This document shows positions 12,821 through 19,906 of a stretch of 64,000 nucleotides of DNA, in pieces; within the stretch, counting starts at the first letter, position 1; every line of letters starts with the position of its first letter. The notes beneath the pieces were generated by a model that did not search any database, was not told the origin of the DNA, and worked only from the letters and a program-made list of their open reading frames with translations. A program made the position numbers and the translations under genes. The DNA lies in contig JAKANY010000005.1 of assembly GCA_021823525.1 (NCBI GenBank), positions 861 to 64,860 on the forward strand. The letters run 5' to 3'. This DNA is from Actinomycetes bacterium. GTDB taxonomy: Bacteria; Actinomycetota; Acidimicrobiia; Acidimicrobiales; RAAP-2.

Positions 12821-14214
12821 GACCGACCTCCTTGCGTCCGCGTCTCGTGGGCCAGCTCCTCCATCTCGGTGACCGACAGGGCCGGCACGAAGCGGAAGAC
12901 GATCAGGAGCAGCAGGAAGATGGCGGCGGTCGCGGCCACCGTGATCGAGATGGAGATCCAGGTGAAGTGGTAGGTCCCCCACCCCGTCGACACCCCGCCC
13001 GACGCCTTGGTCGCCGCGCGCACCAGGGGCTCGGTGGCGGCCGGGATCACGATGACGAGGCGCTTGACCCACAAGGAGAGCACCACGAAGACCGAGGCGA
13101 TGGTCACGCCGGTCTTGGTACGCAGGGGCTTGATCGCCATGATCAGCAGCGGCACGAGGCCGCCGGCCACGAAGTAGAACCAGAAGGGCACCCAGTAGCG
13201 GCCCGCGACGACCTGGTGGACCCAGGCCGCCGGTCCCGCGGTGTTGGAGTAGCCATCGATGAGGTACTCGGTGAAGGTCAGGTAGAGGTAGGCCGCACCG
13301 AAGGCGATCATCAAGAAGCCCAGGCGCACGAAGTGCCGCGACGCGATGTAGCTCTCCAGGTGGAACAGCTTGCGCACCGCGGCCACCGATATCACGACGA
13401 GGGCGACGCCCGAGTACAGGGCGGCCACGACGAAGTACACCGGGAGGATCGTCTCCATGTAGCCCGCCCGCGAGGAGGACGCGAAGGCAAAGCTGAGCAC
13501 CGAGTGCACCGAGACGGCCATGGGGATGATCATGATCGCGAGCAGCCCGATGGACCCGTTGAGGCGCCGGCGCTCGGTCGGCGTCCCGCCGTAGCGGCCC
13601 ACGAGGGTCCGGTAGAGCGTCTGGCGGACCTTCACCCGCGTCGAGGGGGCCTCGGCGTCGAGCTGCTCCAGGGCCACCTTGGCGTCGGGCACCAGGGGCA
13701 GGTAGAAGAAGACGATGGTCGCCATCAGGTAGGTCGACACCGCGAAGAAGTCCCAGAGGATCGGTGAGGACAGGTTCCAGTAGGGCGGCCAGACCAGCTC
13801 CCAGATCTTGCCCGGGTTCCCGAGGTGGGGGATGATGAAGATCATCCCGATGGGCAAGGTCACCAGCGCGGTCGCCTCGGCGATGCGCGTCAGGGGAGCG
13901 CGCCAACTCTGGTGGGTCAGGCGCAGGATCGCCGAGACGACGGCGCCTCCGTAACTCACGCCGATGAAGGTCACCAAGTTGGACTCGTAGATGCCCCAGA
14001 AGGCGTCGTCGTTGTAGCCCGCCGAGCCGAGCCCGTGGGCCAGCTGGAAGATCCACGCGACGATACCCAGCGCCACGACGGCCCCCAGAACCAGGACGCT
14101 CGGCCACCACCACCGTGGGGTCTCGAGCACCGGTCGCAGGACCGCGTGACGCAACTCGTGGTCGACCGGGTGCGCCTCGGAGGGCACCGGCTCGACGATC
14201 ACATCAGTCATCAC
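12817..14214 (-). CDS. nrfD: NrfD/PsrC-family membrane subunit, ActC-like
   Basis: About ten TM helices; VSAILRL..W..PLTRIAEA, PHLGNP, SSPILWDFFAVSTY, SVHSVLSF and PVYFVVAALYSG resemble alternative complex III ActC motifs. Confidence 0.88.
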   Translation of the reverse strand: MMTDVIVEPVPSEAHPVDHELRHAVLRPVLETPRWWWPSVLVLGAVVALGIVAWIFQLAHGLGSAGYNDDAFWGIYESNLVTFIGVSYGGAVVSAILRLTHQSWRAPLTRIAEATALVTLPIGMIFIIPHLGNPGKIWELVWPPYWNLSSPILWDFFAVSTYLMATIVFFYLPLVPDAKVALEQLDAEAPSTRVKVRQTLYRTLVGRYGGTPTERRRLNGSIGLLAIMIIPMAVSVHSVLSFAFASSSRAGYMETILPVYFVVAALYSGVALVVISVAAVRKLFHLESYIASRHFVRLGFLMIAFGAAYLYLTFTEYLIDGYSNTAGPAAWVHQVVAGRYWVPFWFYFVAGGLVPLLIMAIKPLRTKTGVTIASVFVVLSLWVKRLVIVIPAATEPLVRAATKASGGVSTGWGTYHFTWISISITVAATAAIFLLLLIVFRFVPALSVTEMEELAHETRTQGGRS

Positions 14215-14229
14215 ATTCCTCTCGTGGGG

Positions 14230-15075
14230 CTAGTCGCCCGAGTCGTTGTCGTTGACGAGGTCCTGGCCGTGGCCCGGGATGTAGAAGACGCGCGGGTGCG
14301 TCCCGTACTCCTCCTTGAAGACCATCCCGTTGTTCTCGGCCAGGAAGGTCGAGATCTTGATCGTCTGGCCCATCCCGTTCACCGCCGTGTCCGAGGTCAG
14401 GTCGCCGAAGTAGATGACGCCCATCGCGCAGTGCGTCGCGCACTCGGGGATCTGCCCGGTCGGCAGCATGGCCGCGCAGTCGATGCACTTGCCCACGGTC
14501 CCCTGCACCTGGGGCACCGGCCACTCGGGGCTCTGGGCGTAGGGCTGCTTCGGCGCGGGCTCGGGAGCTCCCCAATTGAAGTAGCGCGCGTCGTAGGGGC
14601 AGGCGTTCATGCAGATGCGCGTGCCGATGCACTTGGACTGGTCCACCAGCACCAGGCCCTCGGGCGTGCGGAAGTTGGCGCCCACCGGGCACACCGGCAC
14701 GCACGCCGGGTCCTCGCACTGCATGCACGGCCGCGGCATCGGGTACTCCTCGCCCGCGGCGTTGGTCATGGTGTAGACCTTCATCCACGTCTGGTCCTCG
14801 TGGAGGAAGTGCGCCGTCTGGCACGCGGTCGTGCACAGCTGACAGCCGTTGCACATGCGCAGGTCGATGATCATGCACCACTGCTTGGTCGGGCCGCTCG
14901 TCGTCGTCGTCGTTGACGCCGGCTCGGCGGCCAGAGCCACCGTCCCACCGACCGCGCCGAGCACGCCGAGCCCGATCCCGCCGATCGCCGCCGCACGCAG
15001 GACGCTGCGGCGCTGGATGGTGACGGCGGTTGCCGTCGCCCCCGCCGTCGTCGTGTCGATCATTGCCTCACTCAT
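14230..15075 (-). CDS. Tat-exported multi-Fe-S ferredoxin-type subunit (NrfC/PsrB/ActB2-like)
   Basis: Start MSEAMID (ATG 15075, TGATG overlap); QRRSVL twin-Arg signal; CNGCQLCTTAC, CMQCEDPACVPVC, CIGTRICMNAC, KCIDC-x11-CATHC. Confidence 0.92.
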   Translation of the reverse strand: MSEAMIDTTTAGATATAVTIQRRSVLRAAAIGGIGLGVLGAVGGTVALAAEPASTTTTTSGPTKQWCMIIDLRMCNGCQLCTTACQTAHFLHEDQTWMKVYTMTNAAGEEYPMPRPCMQCEDPACVPVCPVGANFRTPEGLVLVDQSKCIGTRICMNACPYDARYFNWGAPEPAPKQPYAQSPEWPVPQVQGTVGKCIDCAAMLPTGQIPECATHCAMGVIYFGDLTSDTAVNGMGQTIKISTFLAENNGMVFKEEYGTHPRVFYIPGHGQDLVNDNDSGD

Positions 15076-15815
15076 CAGTCCACCACCTTGATGTCGCCTT
15101 CCATCCAGTTCGTCGTCGACATGGCGCCACTGCCGCCGTTGGCGCCCGCACCGCACGGCGCGTAGCACTGCCACACGAAGGTTCCCGTCTTGGTCGGGAT
15201 GAACGTCGCTTCAACGGTGACGTGGCCGTTGCCCGTGGCCGCGGGGATCGGCATGTTGAAGTTGAACGCGTCGATCGTGAAGGTGTGGGCGACCGTCACG
15301 TCCGAGATCGACGACACGGTCTTGCCGCCGATCGTCTCGGTGCCGGTCGTGGACCCCATGACGTGGTCGAACATCATCTGGGCGCCCTGGAGGGGTGCCG
15401 TTCCGTTGTCGTAGCTGGTGATGATCACCGTGACCTTCTCGTCCTTCTTCACCGTCCAGGACGCGTTGGTGTACTTGGGCTGGCCGCCGAGCGCGCCCGT
15501 GGTGTTGGTGATGATCGACATGCGCTCAGTGACGGCGCCGTGGGCCACGACCGCCGGCACGGCCGTCGAGGGCTTGGTCGCGTCGCGGATGGCGGCCGCC
15601 ACTCCGCTCACGATCGCGACGGTCACGCCCAGGCCCACGAGGATCACGGCCAGCGAGCCGATCACGATCGTGCCGCCGGCGGCCGCCCGCTTGGGGCGTC
15701 GCCAGCTCAGGCGACCGAGACGGGCCAGCGGATCGCTGGCCCCGAGACGGGCGAGCGGATCCCGGGCGCTGTCGCGCCCGGGATCCGTCGTGCGGGAAGA
15801 GCGGTCGTCGCTCAC
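15075..15815 (-). CDS. Membrane-anchored cupredoxin-fold protein (copy C)
   Basis: GTG 15815 overlaps the upstream stop; single TM helix; AHTFT...WQCYAPCG...MSTTNWMEGDIKV. Confidence 0.75.
   Translation of the reverse strand: MSDDRSSRTTDPGRDSARDPLARLGASDPLARLGRLSWRRPKRAAAGGTIVIGSLAVILVGLGVTVAIVSGVAAAIRDATKPSTAVPAVVAHGAVTERMSIITNTTGALGGQPKYTNASWTVKKDEKVTVIITSYDNGTAPLQGAQMMFDHVMGSTTGTETIGGKTVSSISDVTVAHTFTIDAFNFNMPIPAATGNGHVTVEATFIPTKTGTFVWQCYAPCGAGANGGSGAMSTTNWMEGDIKVVD
15757..15786 (-). promoter_or_regulatory. 12-bp perfect stem-loop just after the stop of cupredoxin B (inside the 5' end of copy C)
   Basis: GGATCCCGGGCG (15757-15768) pairs with CGCCCGGGATCC (15775-15786); 6-nt loop. Confidence 0.55.
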
Positions 15816-16372
15816 GCCACGACCCGGATCTTGCCGGTCATCCACGTCATGGTCGACATGGCGCCGCTCATGCCGTTCGCGCCACTGCCGCAGGGGGCGT
15901 AGCAGTGCCACACGAACGTCCCGGTCTTCTCGGGCACGAAGGTCGCGCTGACCACGATGTGACCGCTCGTGGGCGCGACGGGGATCGGCATGTTGAAGTC
16001 GAGGCCCGGCACGGTGAAGGTGTGGGCGATGTTGATGTCCGACACCGTCGAGACGACCTTGCCGCCCGCCAGCTCCTTGCCGTTGGTGGTGCCCAAGACC
16101 TTGTCGTACTTCACGTAGCTGCCGACCAGGGGCGCGGTGCCGTCGTCGAAGCTGATGATGCGCACGGTGACCGTCTCACCCTTCTTCACGGTCCAACTGG
16201 AGTTGAGGATCTTGGGCCAGCCGGAGCGGCCGTCCATGTGACCCGTCACGAGACGCATGGTCTCGGTCACGTGCGTCGAGGCGGCGCTGGCCGACGTGGT
16301 CGCCAGGGCGCCGGTGGCCAGCGGGGCGAGGGCGAGAACCAGGGAGGCCGCCTTGGCCATCGGGTGCTTCAT
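15812..16372 (-). CDS. Secreted cupredoxin-fold protein (copy B)
   Basis: ATG 16372 with AGGAGG RBS; Sec signal MKHPMAKAASLVLALAPLA; AHTFT...WHCYAPCG...MSTMTWMTGKIRV. Confidence 0.8.
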   Translation of the reverse strand: MKHPMAKAASLVLALAPLATGALATTSASAASTHVTETMRLVTGHMDGRSGWPKILNSSWTVKKGETVTVRIISFDDGTAPLVGSYVKYDKVLGTTNGKELAGGKVVSTVSDINIAHTFTVPGLDFNMPIPVAPTSGHIVVSATFVPEKTGTFVWHCYAPCGSGANGMSGAMSTMTWMTGKIRVVA

Positions 16373-16424
16373 CGTGGAATTCCTCCTATGTGTGCTAAAT
16401 GTCATGGCTGGGGGGATTGGCGTC

Positions 16425-16461
16425 TCGCCTCGCGCCGCCCCTCGGGGGCGGCGCGAGGCGA
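16425..16461 (-). promoter_or_regulatory. 17-bp perfect stem-loop between cupredoxin A and B
   Basis: TCGCCTCGCGCCGCCCC (16425-16441) pairs with GGGGCGGCGCGAGGCGA (16445-16461); 3-nt loop; no U-tract on the minus strand. Confidence 0.7.
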
Positions 16462-16471
16462 AGGCGAACTG

Positions 16472-17032
16472 CTAGGCGAGGACCTTGATCTGGCCCTCCA
16501 TCCACGTCATGGTCGCCATGGAGCCCTTCATGCCGTCCGAGCCGCTGCCGCACGGGGCGTAGCAGTGCCAGATGAAGGTGCCGGACTTCTTGGCGACGAA
16601 GGTCGCGACGATGACGTTGGTCTTGCCCGTGGGCGCAGCGGGAATCGGCATGTTGAACCCGAGGCCCGGGATGGTGAAGGTGTGGGCGATGTTGATGTCC
16701 GACACCAGCGTGGTGGCCTTGCCGCTCACCAGCTCCTTGCCGGTGGTGGTGCCCATGACCTTGTCGTACTTCATGTAGTTGCCCGTCAGCGGGGCCGTGC
16801 CGTCATCGTGGTTGATGATGCGCACGGTGACCGTCTCGCCCTTCTTCACGGTCCAGCTGGAGTTCAGGATCCTGGGCTGTCCGCCGAGCGGGCCGGTCGT
16901 GTTGGTGACCAGCGTCATGGTCTCGGTGACGTGCGTCGAGGCGGCGCCCGCCATCCCGGCGACCAGGGCGCCGCTCGCCAGCGGGGCCAGTGCCAGGACC
17001 AGGGATGCCGCCTTGGCCATCGGGTGCTTCAT
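16472..17032 (-). CDS. Secreted cupredoxin-fold protein (copy A)
   Basis: AGGAGG RBS; same signal peptide start as copy B; AHTFT...WHCYAPCG...MATMTWMEGQIKV. Confidence 0.8.
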   Translation of the reverse strand: MKHPMAKAASLVLALAPLASGALVAGMAGAASTHVTETMTLVTNTTGPLGGQPRILNSSWTVKKGETVTVRIINHDDGTAPLTGNYMKYDKVMGTTTGKELVSGKATTLVSDINIAHTFTIPGLGFNMPIPAAPTGKTNVIVATFVAKKSGTFIWHCYAPCGSGSDGMKGSMATMTWMEGQIKVLA

Positions 17033-17072
17033 TCTGGGATTCCTCCTGTTTGGTGGTGGTACTGCCTCGCCA

Positions 17073-17102
17073 CCCGCCGCCGCCCCTTTTCCTGGCGGCG
17101 GG
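17073..17102 (-). promoter_or_regulatory. 9-bp stem-loop between cupredoxin D and A
   Basis: CCCGCCGCC (17073-17081) pairs with GGCGGCGGG (17094-17102); 12-nt loop. Confidence 0.5.
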
Positions 17103-17111
17103 AGACGACCT

Positions 17112-17669
17112 CTACGCCGTGACCTTCAGGAAGCCGCGCATGTACCCGTTGGTGGCCATCGACCACTTGTCGCAGGGCAGCGCGCAGAACCACTGGAACG
17201 TGCCGGTGGACTTGGGCGTGAAGGTGAAGTGGGTGACCGAGGGCGACGAGGCGCTCCCCGCAGGGGTGCTGGCGTTGATGTTGAAGTTGGGCAGCGTCCA
17301 GGTGTGGGCGTGCGCGTCGTAGTTGTAGATCACGACGTCGTAGGTGGTGCCCTTGGTCATGGTGAGCAGTCCGGGCACGAACGCGTCCTGGACGACGCCG
17401 TTGACCTTGACGCCACCGACCGGCGGCGGGTTGATCGAGAGCTTCACCGTCACGGCCTTCGGCGCACTGGCGACGGCGGGCGCGCTCGCGGTGACCGTCG
17501 TGGCCGCGCTCGGTCCCGTGACGCGGTGCCACACCCAGCCCACGCCCGCGGTCAGGGCGAAGAGCACTGCGGCGACGTAGACGGTCGCCAGCAGCAGGGT
17601 GACCAGGCCGCGCACGCGGCGGGGCTGCTCGCTCGTGGAAGGACGCAGGACGCTGGACTCGCTACTCAT
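17112..17669 (-). CDS. Membrane-anchored cupredoxin-fold protein (copy D, first gene of the operon)
   Basis: ATG 17669 with GAGGAG RBS; N-terminal TM; AHTWT...WFCALPCDKWSMATNGYMRGFLKV. Confidence 0.78.
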   Translation of the reverse strand: MSSESSVLRPSTSEQPRRVRGLVTLLLATVYVAAVLFALTAGVGWVWHRVTGPSAATTVTASAPAVASAPKAVTVKLSINPPPVGGVKVNGVVQDAFVPGLLTMTKGTTYDVVIYNYDAHAHTWTLPNFNINASTPAGSASSPSVTHFTFTPKSTGTFQWFCALPCDKWSMATNGYMRGFLKVTA

Positions 17670-17760
17670 GGACTCTCCTCGGCCGGGCTGATGTCGTGCC
17701 CACGTCCAGCCAGTTTGGTGAGCGCCGCGCTTGAGGTGTAGTGGGCAACCGCGGGTCAAC

Positions 17761-17782
17761 TCTCCCGTGTTTCCACGGTAGA
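17761..17782. promoter_or_regulatory. Imperfect inverted repeat, candidate response-regulator box
   Basis: TCTCCCGTG-TTTC-CACGGTAGA (9-bp arms, 1 mismatch) in the divergent promoter region between the operon and the regulator. Confidence 0.4.
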
Positions 17783-17819
17783 AAGACGACGTTCGACCTG
17801 GTGGCCTATCCTCAATGGC

Positions 17820-18494
17820 GTGTCAGAGGGGCCAGCGGCGTCGGCGTCGCCGATCACGGTGGTCGTGGTCGACGACCACACGGTCGTGCGCCGGGGCACC
17901 CGCGAGATGCTCGAGCGCGAGCCCGACATCACCGTCGTCGACGACGTGGGGACCATTGAGGAGGCCCTGGCCGCCGTGCGACGCCACCAGCCCACGCTGC
18001 TGGTCGTCGACGTCGAGCTGCCTGACGGCTCCGGGGTCGACATCGTTCGGCACCTCGTGGAGGAGAACTCGCCGGTGCGCTGCCTCATGCTCTCGGCTCA
18101 CGACGACTACGTCTACTTCTCCGAGTCCCTGGCGGCCGGAGCCGCCGGGTACCTGCTCAAGACCGTCTCGACCGAGAAGTTCATCGCCGCGGTGCGCACC
18201 GTCGCCCTGGGGGGGACCGTGATCGACGGCGTCCTCTCCCACCGTCTGGCCGGGCGCCGCCAGCAGCCCGAGGAGCGCCTGGCGGCCTCGCTGACCGCGC
18301 GCGAGTTCGACGTGATCCGGGGCCTCGTGCGAGGGCGCTCCAACAAGGAGATCGCCAAGGAGCTCGGGGTGGGCCTGCGCACCGTCGAGAGCTACGTCTC
18401 GACGATCCTGTCCAAGCTCGGGGTGCGCTCGCGCGCCGAGGCCATCGTCTACGTCCTCGAGCACCACCTCGTGACGCCCGGGTCGGCCCGATGA
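17820..18494 (+). CDS. NarL/LuxR-family response regulator
   Basis: REC domain (VVDDH, VVDVELPD, GYLLK) plus LuxR HTH (LTAREFDV..GRSNKEIAKELGVGLRTVESY); TATCCT -10 lies 7 nt before the GTG (leaderless). Confidence 0.95.
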   Translation: MSEGPAASASPITVVVVDDHTVVRRGTREMLEREPDITVVDDVGTIEEALAAVRRHQPTLLVVDVELPDGSGVDIVRHLVEENSPVRCLMLSAHDDYVYFSESLAAGAAGYLLKTVSTEKFIAAVRTVALGGTVIDGVLSHRLAGRRQQPEERLAASLTAREFDVIRGLVRGRSNKEIAKELGVGLRTVESYVSTILSKLGVRSRAEAIVYVLEHHLVTPGSAR

Positions 18495-19891
18495 GCCCCG
18501 AGCCGCCCAGGGTCGCCCTGCGCGAGGTGCTCGCGCGCGCCCTCCACCCCCCGGTGCGCGAGCGGGCTTTCTGGTTCGTCCAACTCATGGTCGCCGTGTG
18601 GGCCGTCGTCCACCTGCTGATCGACGCGCACGGGTTCCTCAGTCCCTCGTGGTTCCCCTACGGGACACCCATCGACCTGCTCCTGATCCCGGTGGGCTAC
18701 GCGGCCCTCCACTACGGGCTCTCGGGCTCGGCCGCCACCACCCTGTGGTCGATCCTGCTGTGGATGCCCGATCTGCTCATGCCCGACGATCGGGGCCACT
18801 ACCACCACGACCTGGTCCAGCTGGCCGTCGTGGCCGTGGTCGCGCTCTTCGTGGGGCTCGAGATCGAGCGCTCCCATCTGCAGCGCAACCGCGCCGAGGC
18901 CGCCGAAGCCGAGCGACGCGCGGCCGAGGCCCACTACCACCAGCTCTTCGCCGCCAACATCGCGCCGATCCTGCTCGTCAACAGCGCGGGGCACGTCGTC
19001 GAGCACAACGAGGCCACGCGAACGCTCTGGGAGGACCCCCTGGGCCAGACCCTCGAGGAGTTGCTCGGCGTGGACCCGCGCGACTGGCCCGACTCGCTGA
19101 CGGTGGCCCTCGAGACCCCGAGCGGCGAGCGGACCTACCGCGTCTCGACGACGGTCCTCGCCGGCACCGCGCCTCCGCTCTCCCAGGTCATCCTCGAGGA
19201 CATCACGGCCGAGCGCCGCAGCGAGGCCGAGGCGCGCGCCTGGGCCATCGAGGTGCTGCGAGCCCAGGAGCAGGAGCGCCGCCGGATCGCCCGCGAGATC
19301 CACGACGACCCGCTCCAGGAACTGCTCCAGCTGGCGCGCGAGTTCGAGGTGCTCGAGCGCGGCACCTCCGAGACGGGCGTCACGACCGCGCGCGAGCACC
19401 TGCTCGACACCGTCGCGCACCTGCGCGAGGTGACTCGCGGGCTGCACCCGGCCGGGCTCGACCAGCACGGCCTGGTCGCCGCCCTGCGGGGCCTGCTCGT
19501 CGACGTCGAGATCGAGACGGGTGTGCTCACGAGCTTCGCGCTCGCGGGCGAGCCCCTGGACGAGCGACCCGAGGTCGAGGTGGCGCTCTTTCGCATCGTC
19601 CAGGAGGCGGTGCGCAACGCCGTGCGCCACGCCCGGGCCGATCACCTGCGCGTCGAGCTCGACATCGACGACGCGGCGGCGACCGTCACCATCACCGACG
19701 ACGGCGTGGGCTTCGACCCGGACACCAACCCCGCGAGCGGGCACCTCGGGCTCCAGAGCATGACCGAGCGTGCCGTGCTGCTCGGGGGCACCTGCGAGGT
19801 GGTGAGCGCCCCGGGGGCCGGGACGCGCGTGCGCGCGACCCTGCCGCTCGTGGCGACATCGGGTCTCCCCCTCGTCCGCCATCACGTCTGA
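18491..19891 (+). CDS. Sensor histidine kinase (membrane sensor, PAS-like, HisKA_3, HATPase)
   Basis: ERRRIAREIHDD H-box, QEAVRNAVRH N-box, DDGVGF and GLQSMTERA; ATGA overlap with the regulator. Confidence 0.93.
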   Translation: MSPEPPRVALREVLARALHPPVRERAFWFVQLMVAVWAVVHLLIDAHGFLSPSWFPYGTPIDLLLIPVGYAALHYGLSGSAATTLWSILLWMPDLLMPDDRGHYHHDLVQLAVVAVVALFVGLEIERSHLQRNRAEAAEAERRAAEAHYHQLFAANIAPILLVNSAGHVVEHNEATRTLWEDPLGQTLEELLGVDPRDWPDSLTVALETPSGERTYRVSTTVLAGTAPPLSQVILEDITAERRSEAEARAWAIEVLRAQEQERRRIAREIHDDPLQELLQLAREFEVLERGTSETGVTTAREHLLDTVAHLREVTRGLHPAGLDQHGLVAALRGLLVDVEIETGVLTSFALAGEPLDERPEVEVALFRIVQEAVRNAVRHARADHLRVELDIDDAAATVTITDDGVGFDPDTNPASGHLGLQSMTERAVLLGGTCEVVSAPGAGTRVRATLPLVATSGLPLVRHHV

Positions 19892-19906
19892 GCCCACCTA
19901 CAATCG

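Noticed and set aside
15075-17669. Tandem similar units considered as a CRISPR array or as split cytochrome oxidase subunit II genes
   Set aside because: The repeats are protein-coding paralogues, not repeat-spacer units; there is no coxI nearby and the canonical CuA second His is missing.
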